DNA of 64,000 bases, taken from the NCBI GenBank assembly GCA_049999805.1, contig JBNGIO010006370.1:435212-499211 (forward strand), given 5' to 3'. Below the pieces are notes generated by a model. The model was not told where the DNA came from and did not search any database. It worked only from the letters and a program-made list of their open reading frames with translations. The position numbers and the translations under genes were made by a program. The stretch comes from Folioceros fuciformis (Eukaryota). Below are positions 1 through 11,000 of this stretch, piece after piece; position 1 is the first letter of the stretch, and each line of letters starts with the position of its first letter.

Positions 1-1524
1 CACAACTACTGGCTTCTTGAAAATGAATGGTCTTCATACACATTCTTCTTGTCAAAGAGAGAGCGGAAAAGTAAAAGTATAAGGACTGATCAATGCCTGT
101 TTAACACACCTTGAGAGTAATGCATGAAGTTGGCCCAATGGTTCCCTCAGTAGGATGTATAGAGAACACAGAGCTAGCACCAAACTGGTCATCATTTTCA
201 GCTCTACGAACCCAGAACATTGCCGAAACAATGGATGTATTTGTGACCACCATTTGCATGTCCTTGGACGAGTTAACAAGCACGTGTCCAAAGACGAGGG
301 CACCTGGTGAGAGCGAGAGAACGGGAAATTTTCCAATCCCTGTCATCCTCACCTCTGTCGTCGAGCCCACTGATGTTGTAACGAAAGCCTGGATGATGAA
401 TTCTAAGTGAGATACAATGTTCAGTATTTGCTGAATCCATCAAGTAGATCGCAAGTCTGCAGGTATCAAGACGAGAGACATGATTGACCGCCGTGGAACT
501 GGCCTGTTGCAACGATTACAGAGAGAAGCATCTAGTGAAACATCCTGGTGGAGCTGACAGTTGGTGTTAACCTTGGAGACGTACGCAGAGGCATCCTTTG
601 GGTTAAATCTGCAAACTAGACTGGTAGAGTCTTTGGGCAGTATGGTTCCAGCCTCTGGAATCATGTGAAACGGAAGCTTCACATTCCATTGATAGGCCAC
701 AGGCACGTCCCCATTGTTGGTAACTTGATATTTCTTGTCCGTAAACTCGTTCACAGTGCAGTAGCCAAAGTCGAAAGCCTTTGGAAAGCCGAGGTCAATT
801 TGAGGAAGCGAACCCTTCAGTATAAGAGTCCACTTCCACTGCCAAAACGACCACCCTCAGAGGAGTTTCTACAACTCTGGCCGTCGTATCAAAGGCTCGA
901 AACCAATGTGCACGCCTCAACATGCTTCCAGCACAGATCATTACCTTTGCCGTAACAAACTCTACACTGCTTTTATAGTTCACGAGGTGGGTGGGCCTGA
1001 AAACAATGTCCATCGTTGCACTAGTTCCTGGGCTCAGCCTGGCAGGCTCCTTGAACTCCATGAGAAAATGTGGCGATGCAGGAGGCTTCCACTGAAAGGT
1101 CTGTCGATCATTTGACAACACCGCCCCCCGTCCCCGCTATTACACAAATGGTCTTGAAGGCACAAAAATATACACAGTGCGAGCCTCTCAAAAGTGTTAG
1201 CAATACCAGCGTCCGCCTGCCCACGTTCTTAATCACAAAACTTTTCCTGTTCTTCTCTCCAGGGTACCAGTGCCGCCATTCTAAGTAAGTGGGGCATTCG
1301 ATGCCCAGCTGCATCCTTCTCAGGAACTTGGTGGGATAATTCAGTGCCTTCACGTACAAATGCCTCTTTGGCAGATACACAGTCTCCGTGGGCCCCAGGG
1401 GCGCATAAAACTTCTTGTCCTCCTCTTTCACTTGTGACATCCGTCTCCTGAGGTCCTCCAACTCCATGATCCCACTTTGCCTCTCCATCTCCCCTGACAA
1501 CGACTTCCTCCGCTCTGCCTCCAT
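1..1524 (-). CDS. CFAP65: Cilia/flagella-associated protein 65 (CFAP65/CCDC108)-like, 5' part; multi-exon, runs off the window start
   Basis: Successive minus-strand exons encode LGIECP..EWRHWYPGEKNRKSFVIKNV, FQWKPPASPHFLMEFKEPARLSPGTS, KKYQVTNNGDVPVAYQW..PF and GIGKFPVLSLSPGALVFGHVLV: tandem ASH/Ig-like modules resembling the CFAP65 N-terminus as recalled. ATG at 1524. Confidence 0.75.
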
Positions 1525-1986
1525 CTCTTAAAGATCCCGCCTCACGAAAACGTAAAAAAATGAATTTCCCCGCCACTGCTGGTCAGTCGTCAGCAGTCCA
1601 CAAGGGTGGAGCCAGTCCTTCCATGACAAGGCCCGTGTGCATCCATCTCCACAGACCTTAGCAAACTGAGGGCAGCAAACTGAGAACAGCAGTTGCATTC
1701 TTCATTGAAAAGGGACCAGGTGTCTGTCACAGCCAACCATATTCACATCAGATCATGAGCATGCGCCATGTGGTTGCTTGCTTGCTTGTCTGCTTGCTGC
1801 CGAACCGAACATCCATCGTGGAAGGGTGGCTGGTCTGCATATGCTCTGCCTTTCTCCTTGAACCCTAACAGTGTCTGGACTTTTAATTGGTCTGCCTATT
1901 GGTCCTGGTTTGGTCCTTTGTCTTCCAGCGCGCTCGTTTCAAGACAACACATACTCGCTCTAGACACCCAACTCGGTGGTGACGGG

Positions 1987-3169
1987 ATGGAATTTACTCA
2001 GGAGCAGAAAGACTATGTATCATGCATCATCAAAAAGAAGAACTGGAACGTGGCAGGCAAAGTGACTCAAAAGCACATCGGTCACACCATCTTCACACAC
2101 AAATGGCCCGAGCTATGGGACTACAATCAATACTGGTATTCTGCAGAGACTACAGCTATGATGCGCAAGGTTTGTTATACACGTAGACCATTATTTTACA
2201 AGCAATTCTTGATAATAAATACATCTTAATGATTATGTATCCATTTTGAAGACGTTTGTATAAATTCGTCTAATGAAATCAAAGAACTTTGTCTCATCCT
2301 TAATCTGGTGCCCTGCATTGGGTTGCTTCCCTCTTGTTTGTCTAGTAGGTGGATGGGTTGCCCATCTCTTTTTTTCTAGTGAAGTCTCCTCATTAATCAT
2401 TTTTCAGAAGATATAAATTAGTTCTTCTCTTAATTGTGAATGGATTGTCATGGAGGAATGTTCAGGAAATTGAAGAGCTAGCAACCAAGGCAGCATTCTT
2501 ATCTGTCCCAAGTGTTTATTTTTCGTTAGAAAAGAGAGCCTTAAGAGATAAGAGTCACTTTTTTGATGTAAGTACAATCTTGAACTTATGACTAAATCAT
2601 CTTAATGCTTCTCCTTCTTCTTGTTGCTTGTTGACACTGGTGATCTTCTTTCATGTGGCTCAACAGATTGATGAGAGGTGGAAGGGTTTTCCTGGATTTG
2701 TGAAATGGAACTTTAATGAACCAGATGAAATTCCATCTTCACATCTCCATCAATATGATTATGTAGTGATTGACCCACCTTATATTTCAAAGGATACATG
2801 GGAGAAATATAGTGAGGCAGCATTGTTGTTGCTTAAACCCAAAGGTGAAGTACTATCTTTGAATTGATGGCTGATTGTTTGATTTGCAAGATTAGGTTGT
2901 ACAGGTTGATTTTTCTTAGCTTACAAATGTTGGGATGGATTGGTGCAGGAAAGATCTTATTGAGTACTATAGCTGAGAATGATAAGATGTTGAAGAAGAT
3001 CTTGAATGTTGATCGTGTATTATATTTGCCGTCCATTCCAAGCCTTACTTATCAGTATGCATTCTTCACAAACTACCCTACCAAATACTTGAACGAGCCC
3101 AATCCTGAATTGTCTACCATCAATGGGCCAAGGGGATATCCTTCCAAGTTGGAAATGATAGATCCTTAG
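1987..3169 (+). CDS. N6-adenineMlase family (EEF1AKMT1/N6AMT2-like) protein-lysine methyltransferase, 4 exons
   Basis: Exons 1987-2169, 2466-2567, 2667-2844 and 2949-3169 splice in frame with GT-AG introns. Motifs EL-WDYNQYWYS, AFLSVPSVY, FFDIDERW, FNEP, VVIDPPY, ILLST and YAFFTNY. Confidence 0.85.
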
Positions 3170-3287
3170 TTGTTATGAATTCAGTTACTTATGAAGCCTA
3201 CTTTTAGAGCTCGGACTGTGGATGGTTGTGGAGCTTTGGGATGTGCATCTTGTAGTGGCTTTTGGGACAACAAATGAGCTCTTTTCA

Positions 3288-4560
3288 TCAGGAGACATGT
3301 CCCTCGATGATGAGGGGTGCAGATGTGGAACATTGGCATCTTTTGTTCATTTCACAAAGTTTAACAAGGTCCTTCACCTTTGCATATGCATGCTGTCCCA
3401 TCTCCACATTGCTGTCCGATTTCCTCAGGCACCCACAAGAGTGTGCAAAACTGCAGCATGAGACGGTACAGGCCAGGCCTCTACCATGTTCCCGTACCTT
3501 GCATATATGTGTTTCAGACTGATTTGCTTCAAGCACTTCAGCTTGAAGACCATGTTTCCAGTGTGTGAATTGAATCTGCCTTTCCAGGGACAGAGCTGCT
3601 GCATTTGAGCATGCCTGAAGGAGATCTGCTGGAAGCCCTCTCTGTTCGAGTTGTTTATGAAGCTGCTCCCGCTCTTCCAAAGCTGAAACTTCCACATTTT
3701 CCACATGCCTGCAGGAGGCACACGACTGTCAGCAAATCAGGCGCAGGGATGCCTTGATCTTGCATAGCTGTGCGAAGATGGAGTGCTTCATGACGTATGC
3801 CCTGTCAGTAGGGTTGACCATGTCACAGCACTTTCAGACTGGCAAACACTCCCTGGACATCATCTAGGCTGCCATACTTTGCCTACACCTCACTGCCCTT
3901 CTTCAAAGGTGGGTAGCTTGAGCATGCCCACAGGAAGCATACATGTGTCGCTGAATCAGGTGCAGCTATTCCTTCTTGTTGCACAACACTGTAAGGACAA
4001 AGGGACCTACTGCAGGATTCATGCATTGCAGAGAGTGTCCTTCTATCACGGCATCCCCACATGTTTTCTATGGAGTCTGTCACACACACTCTGAGCAGCT
4101 TCCACACTGCAATGCTTTGCATCATGTCCTCCAAGGCACTGCAAACAAATAGAACGAGCTCAACGCCGTTGGCCAGCACATGAGCCTGCACCTTCTGCCC
4201 TTGTCTTCGAGTCATTCCTCCTCGCGCAAGCCTACAGAGCTGCTACTACCACTTGGCTATCGTCTTCACATTAGACCACATGGCGAATCTGATCGTCCAG
4301 CTGTATACTTGCCCATGCTTGATGAGCCCGGAAGTTATGTCAGGCCAAGGGAAGGAATGGGGTTGAGCACATCCGTCCCATGTGATCCTTGCCATCTGGC
4401 ACGAGAAGCATACATTTGCAGCGTGCGATTGCACAAGACCTTGTCCAACTCGCACCCGACCGTGGAAGTCGTCAGTGTGTCTGTACCACAAGTTTCAGAT
4501 CCTGAACAGCCTTCTGATCAGAGAGCTGCCTTTCCCGACACAGTTCGCTCATCATTACAG
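3288..4560 (-). pseudogene. Decayed PLS-class PPR gene
   Basis: Fragments in shifting frames (GCELDKVLCNRTLQMYASR; VAAL*ACARRNDSKT/GQKVQAHVLANGVELVLFV; *AKYGSLDDVQGVF; PDLLTVVCLLQAC; VSALEEREQLHKQLEQRGL) are colinear with the PPR at 48808-51348, with stops and frameshifts. Ends approximate. Confidence 0.75.
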
Positions 4561-4917
4561 CCGCCAGGCAACAACAAGAACCAAACGACGGCCAATGGGC
4601 TCAGGAGACTCCCAGTCCCATCTTAGTACATGCAAGTCCCAGAGAACTTCAGACAACTAAATGCTACGACTAAACAGCCGGGAAAAAAACGAAAGAAGAA
4701 GAAGAAAAAAAAAGTCTATGCTACAGCAGGCACTGGCAGGAGGATGAGAGTTGTGTCCGCAGGCGGCGAGAAGGTGGTCGGGTAGCTCTTCCGTCAGCTG
4801 ATGACAAGGAAAATGAAAGACCATGCTGGAAATGCATCTGAGAGTGATACCGCACCGGCAGACTGAATCGATCAGAAGGAAGCCTTGTGCCATGTGAAGG
4901 TTCTGCCATGTACCAGT

Positions 4918-7173
4918 ATGGCAGCGGCATGGCAAAAGGATCATGTGTGGACCCAACAAATCGGTGGGTTGGCAAGCAATGATCTGGGAAGTGCCAGCGG
5001 ACAGCCGACTGTGAGGTTCGGGCGGGTGCCAAACAGCGAAGCCTGGAGGTGCAGCTGTTTCGCCAGGAGCCCAGCACGTTTGATAGAGCCTTCGGGTGGG
5101 GAAGGATTTTGCAACGATGGTCGTGGGAAGGAGCAGGAGCAAGAGCGGCTGTGGAGACAGTTTTTTCTGGATCCTAGCCTGTGGTGGGATAACAGGCGGG
5201 ACAGGAAGAGCTACCGGTCGCCTGACTTCAGGCACAAGGGGTCCGGCGATGTGGTCTGGTTGAATAACCTGTACAAGCCCGCTTGGGTGGACGAGCAGCT
5301 GGCTGCTCTAGACTTAGTGCAAATGAGTGGTGGTGGTGGTAAGACTCGCCTGCTGCAGTGCAGCCTGAGCAAGCTGTGTGACGAGGGAGAGCTAACACAA
5401 GCTGTTGATGCTTTGACTGTTAAGGTACAAGAGGAAGGTGGTGTGCCCACTTCTCTTTTGTACAGTGTCCTCAAAAGGTGTGTGGCTGAGAAGAACCTCG
5501 CTGTGGGGCGTCGAGTTCACGACCTCACTGCCACCCTTGGCTACGATCGTAGTTCTTTCCTAGGGAACCATATCTTGCGCATGTATGCATGTGCAGGTAA
5601 AATGCAGGAGGCTATGGATGTGTTCACCAAGGTTCGCAAACCAAATGCCTTCATGTGGTTTTCCATCATCGCTGCATATGCTAAGCATGGGAAATCGAAG
5701 GAGGCTATACTGCTGTACCGTGAGATGCGTCGCTCAGGCGTGAAGGCGAATGGTCACATATTTGCAGCTGCCCTGCAAGCTTGTGCAGCTGCCGGCGACC
5801 TGGAATCTGGCAGGCAGGTGCACACTGATGTGTTGCAGAGTCGCGTTCCTCCTGACTCGTTTGTTTGCACCTGCCTGGTGGACATGTATGCTAAGTGTGG
5901 GGAGATGGGAGACGCACGCAGAGTCTTTGATTGTCTGACCCAGAAGGACGTGGTGACATGGACAGCCCTCATAGCTGGGTATGCGACGCGCGGACTCGGT
6001 GAAGAGGCCCTTTCTCTGTATGTCGAAATGGAACAAGAGGGTTTGGTTCTGGCTGACGTCGTCACATTTGCTTGCCTTCTCAAGGCTTGTGCAAGCGCGG
6101 GTGCCTTACAGGTGGGCAGGCAGCTGCATTCACACATTTTGGAAAGCGGACAGCTAGAAGGCAACATTGTGGTCGGCACCTGCCTGGTGGACATGTATGC
6201 GAAGTGCGGAGAACTGGAAGATGCACGCAGAGTTTTCGACACGCTAGGCTCCAAGGATGTGGTGACATGGAACGTCCTGATAGCTGGGTGTGGGACTTGT
6301 GATGAAGGCCACGAAGCAGTAGCTTGCTTTGAGGAGATGTTGCTCGCTGGTATTCAGCCCGACGATGTCACCTTCACTTGCCTTCTGGGAGCGTGCAGCC
6401 ACGAGGGACTAGTAAGCGAGGGTCGTAAGCACTTCTATTACATGACCGAACAACACAACGTGAAGCCCAGCATCGAGCACTACAACGCCATGATTGATCT
6501 TCTCGGGCGAGCAGGGCATCTGGAAGAGGCCGAGACGATGTTGCTATCATGTGAGAGCCGAAATGACGTGGTCGGGCTGACTTCGTTGCTCAATGCCTGC
6601 AGAAGTCATGGAGACGTAGACAGAGCCACACGGTGCTTTCAGAGCCTTGTCAGACTGGACCCTCGGCACGCCTCTGCTTACGTGCAAGTAGCGAACATGT
6701 TTGCAGATGCAGGCAGGTGGACGGATGCACACAGGATTGAAAGCATGAGAAAGTCAGCAGGAGCTCAGAAGAAACCTGCAGTAGCTGGCATTGAAGTAAA
6801 CAGGCAGGTGCATACCTTTGTGGTAGGAGAAATTCGTGACGATATTTGGGTGAAGGTAGACACCACGCATGCTCGGCTGAAGGAAGAAGGGGGCCACATA
6901 CCGCACACAAAGTTGGTGATGAAACCGCTTTCTGAGAAAGAGAAGCAGGATGAGCTTTGTGGGCATGCTGAGAAACTGGCCCTGGCGTTTGGTCTCCTGA
7001 ACACTCCAAGTGGCAAACCTCTGCTGGTAACAAAAAACCTACGAATGTGCAGTGACTGCCACAGCTCCACCAAGATACTGTCAAGGATTGAAAAGAGAGA
7101 CATCGTCGTAAGAGATGCGTACCGCGTGCACAGATTTGCAGCTGGGTCTTGCAGTTGTAAGGATCGCCCATGA
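4918..7173 (+). CDS. PLS-class PPR protein with E1-E2 and DYW:KP deaminase-like domain (C-terminus DRP) plus an N-terminal OSB-like PDF motif; intronless; candidate U-to-C editing factor
   Basis: First ATG at 4918; about 11 PLS motifs; KKPAVAGIEV, HAEKLA, CSDC, SCSCKDRP*. Motif WRQFFLDPSLWWDNRRDRKSYRSPDFRHKGSGDVVWL starts at ~5150. Confidence 0.93.
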   Translation: MAAAWQKDHVWTQQIGGLASNDLGSASGQPTVRFGRVPNSEAWRCSCFARSPARLIEPSGGEGFCNDGRGKEQEQERLWRQFFLDPSLWWDNRRDRKSYRSPDFRHKGSGDVVWLNNLYKPAWVDEQLAALDLVQMSGGGGKTRLLQCSLSKLCDEGELTQAVDALTVKVQEEGGVPTSLLYSVLKRCVAEKNLAVGRRVHDLTATLGYDRSSFLGNHILRMYACAGKMQEAMDVFTKVRKPNAFMWFSIIAAYAKHGKSKEAILLYREMRRSGVKANGHIFAAALQACAAAGDLESGRQVHTDVLQSRVPPDSFVCTCLVDMYAKCGEMGDARRVFDCLTQKDVVTWTALIAGYATRGLGEEALSLYVEMEQEGLVLADVVTFACLLKACASAGALQVGRQLHSHILESGQLEGNIVVGTCLVDMYAKCGELEDARRVFDTLGSKDVVTWNVLIAGCGTCDEGHEAVACFEEMLLAGIQPDDVTFTCLLGACSHEGLVSEGRKHFYYMTEQHNVKPSIEHYNAMIDLLGRAGHLEEAETMLLSCESRNDVVGLTSLLNACRSHGDVDRATRCFQSLVRLDPRHASAYVQVANMFADAGRWTDAHRIESMRKSAGAQKKPAVAGIEVNRQVHTFVVGEIRDDIWVKVDTTHARLKEEGGHIPHTKLVMKPLSEKEKQDELCGHAEKLALAFGLLNTPSGKPLLVTKNLRMCSDCHSSTKILSRIEKRDIVVRDAYRVHRFAAGSCSCKDRP

Positions 7174-8034
7174 AAGTTCAGATGCATTCAACCAACACAT
7201 CAGAGATCACATGTCCCCACATCCACATCAGACGATGTTGGGGACAAGTCCAAGTCCCCGAGGAAGATAACTAACTGCAAGGGCTGTTCCCATTGCGCGC
7301 AGTGCGTTGCTCAAAGACATCTACCCAAGCTGTTCACATCGCGGGCAGTGCGTTGCTCAAAGACACCTTTTGGGTAGATGAGTTTTTCCATCTTATTTTT
7401 CTAAAATGAATAATTTTAATTATTTATGGACATAATATATACAGCCCAATAATTAAAATTTCGCCTTCTCCTTCCTTGTGCAACTTAGAAGCGGGAGCGA
7501 GTGATGTGGTGCAACTTAGAAGCGGGAGGAAGCACCTCACTCTTGCACTTCCTTGTCGTGGCTACTGGCCAGCACGCCCGATCGCTCCTCGTGCTTGAAT
7601 GAATCCGCCATCGTTGTTGCGATCGCTGCTGAGTCGCTCAAGAATTCTGACAAGTTCGAATCAGGAATAGTGCGGGGGCGACTTCTTCTCTTCCTCGATA
7701 GCCATGCACGGGGCAGGGAAATGGCATCTCCCCGGGGCACGGGGGGCTCAACGCCCATTCTACGCTCTGCAAGCGAATCAAGTGGCCACACATGGTGGCC
7801 ACTCATGGACCAATGGATGAACAATATGGGCTCACAAGTATTACGTCCAGCTCGTAGGAGTTCTTTCAAGGTATGCGGGGTACGCCGCCGTGAGCGCACT
7901 ACATCACTAAAAACGGCGAGGCCCAGGAGGCTCCCTACATCCCAAGCACGAGGCTCTACGCGCCTCAAGGCCCAGGATGATCCCAACATGCCAAGCACGA
8001 CGCTCCAAGGTGCATGCCTTGTGAGGGACTTCAT

Positions 8035-11000
8035 TCATGTGTCGATTGGTTGACCCGGCGTTGGAAACTGGCAAGGAGATCAAAACGAAATACGCCCAAT
8101 TTATTTGCGTAATACTTCCGGATCAGTATATCAAAATGCAGAGATGTAACGGAAATCACAGGGCCAGGTACCTTATCCAACCAGTCGTTGAACTTGTGCA
8201 ACTTATTATTACTAGCCCCACTTGCTACGCGTGCCCTCTTGATGGGGCGGTGGAACAGGTCTTCAGTATCCAACACATACGAAACCTGTGCAGGCCACGA
8301 TTTTGACTTAAACCCAGTACCATCTCAAGCTCTCCCGCATCAAGGTCATCTGAATCCATCCAAAACCGGAGACACAAACTTGGCAAATACCTTGAAACCA
8401 TTCGCTTGAATTTTGTACTCCAGACCATTTACCACCTGCACACCCTCCATAGCTTGCAAAGTAGCAGCACCCTCGTCAACCTCAGAAAACTTCCGTTTAT
8501 TCCTGAGAACAAAAACACCCTTCAATGATGAGCATGCTGCAAACATGGTTGTGAAATCTTCTCCACTCAGAGAGAAGCGCTTGTATCAAGATTTTCAACC
8601 TTGACAAGTACAAGTTTGATTTATTCGCGTCTGCTCCTGTGAGGAGAAACTCATTCAGGTACTCTGCAAACCCACGTTCCATGCCACAAGGGGGAACTTC
8701 CAACTTGTCTGCTCCACCGTCCATAAGCTGTATATGTAACTGAGTAGGATTCGATTTCTGCAGAGAGGACATCAATCCCATCAGACCGCCGTATTCAGCA
8801 CCGGCCATTGGCAGCTGCGATAAAGGAGGGGTCACATACGTCAGGACTAACCCGTTCAAATCTGTATATATTTTCATCATGCAACAGCACACACGCATTG
8901 GCAAAATAGATGGTATCACTTGAAAACCCAGGTTCTCGGGTCCTCTCATACGAATAAAGGGCCAGTAGTTTGGTGGCCATATCGTCAGTGGATATTGATT
9001 GAAGCTATGGAATCAAACAATTCAAACGTCAGTTGTACAACCCTGAGGAACCGTTAGCACTCTCGACAAATGTACGCACGTTCAACAAATCCACTTTCTG
9101 AGACACCTTTTCCCATCAAAACAAAACACTTTCAAACCTGTTTGGCAAATTTGTAGATTAGCTTATCCAAGGTAAACAGCACATACGACTGAGTTCCAAT
9201 AATTGTTCTGCACTCGTCCTCATATTTTGCACTGTCTGCAGAGCCATCCAGCAAGCTATACAGCACCCGCATAAACCTGGCCAAGACACACGCGAAGAGC
9301 GGTTAGAGCGAGGCACATTTTGACCTGCACTCTTCCGTACTGCATATACCTGACTCACCGTGCGTACAAATTTGGAGGGGCCGTGTCCTTCATGACTTTC
9401 CATTTGTGCTCAGCTGCTTGTGCATTTGTCTTGGCAGACAGAATGCGCTCGTACAAAATCTGGCAGGAAAATGCAACATGTTTTAGTACGCAGCCACTTG
9501 CAATCACTAGTAAATGACAACGAAATGTCGTTCCTTGTGCAAGAGCGGCAATCTGCCTCACCTGGTGCAATCTGAGGAGGATGCAAAAGCCATCGTTCCC
9601 ATAAAACGTTTCGGTGGGACCCAGCCCCGATGCGTCTACTGTTGCAGCTCGTGCCTCAAGAGGCTTGCACATTCCACATGACCTATCAGGCGATGCTAAA
9701 CGAAGATTCCCATCACCATCACCATCATCTGCATCTGCCATCCCCTCAGCTTCACCCTCACTCTCAGCTTTCCCTTCAAGATCATCGTCATCCTCCTCCT
9801 CCTCCTCATCATGTGATGGATCATCTCCATCCCCTGAATCACTACCTGTAACCTCTTCACCCGCTTCTGAGAGATTCTCACTGTCTTCGCTGGTCTTCTG
9901 GCCACTTTCCTCACCATCATCATCTGGATCGACATCATGCTCTCCCTCACCCTCGCCCTCTCCTTCACCATCACCATCCTCTTCTTCATCTTGCCGCTGA
10001 CTGGAATCTTTCACACCGTTGTCCTTGGCAGCGAGGTTACTTGCACACACATAAACATCACTTCGATAATCATCTCCTTCAGGAGAAGGTGACAACTCTC
10101 CTTCTTCTCGATCAACTCTTCCAGTAGGTCCGCCCAGAGACACATCAGGTTTGGTGCATTTTGCACCTGAAGACTCAGGCTTAAGAGCTTTCAACGCCTT
10201 GCTTTCCTGCATCCGAGAAAATTTTCAGCTGATTACATGGGCATCCCGTAGCTTGTAGTTTCAGAGCTCAAAAGTGCAAAAAATGCTTGAAACCGTGAGC
10301 CCCACCAAAAAGTAAAGGTGTAGATAACCTACCTTGTTCACCGCAGATGAAGAGTCTCCACCAGGGATGTTGACTGGGAGATTTCCTGCAGTTGATTCCC
10401 TTGCTGTAGCATCTGCTTGCCTACCATGCACAGGAGGCTGCTTTGATGCATCGCCAACTATTCCAGCATGCCCAACAGACCCCTCAGCACACAAAGCTCC
10501 CTCCTGAACTCCTTCCATTCCTTTCCTGGACCGTTGAGCAGCATCATGGGCAATGTCTCCAGAAACACATCCCATACGCTCACCATCTGGATTTGCTGCA
10601 GCTGACGAGTCACCAAATAATCCCTTGGGACAGCTTGAAGCTGTGGTACAGTCCTCAACAGTGGAAGTTCTCTCCTTATGGTCATTCCCCAATTCCATTG
10701 GGGCTACTGCCGCAATTTCAGCATTGTCACTATCTCCACTAGATGCACTTTCGCCACGACTTCTGCTGCTCTTTGAATCACTACCCTTTACCTTGACAGC
10801 CTCCTCGGCATCTTCCACACCTCGTGGTCGAGGTGGTACTCCATAAAATTTTTCAATAAAATCTGTCATGATCGACATTGTTTTGCTGCTATTCTCGGGT
10901 GAGAAAAGTTCATCACATGAGAATTTCACAATTTGGTACACGTCATTATGCACCGCTGGATCGGAGAACGTGAACTGCAAATCTGGAGCGATCCTTAGTG

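Noticed and set aside
2667-2844. DNA N6-adenine methyltransferase because of DPPY
   Set aside because: The remaining motifs match the EEF1AKMT1/N6AMT2 family, whose characterised members methylate protein lysine.
7537-8053. 165/166-aa ORFs on both strands
   Set aside because: No recognisable domain; they lie in the probable SIN3 3' UTR.
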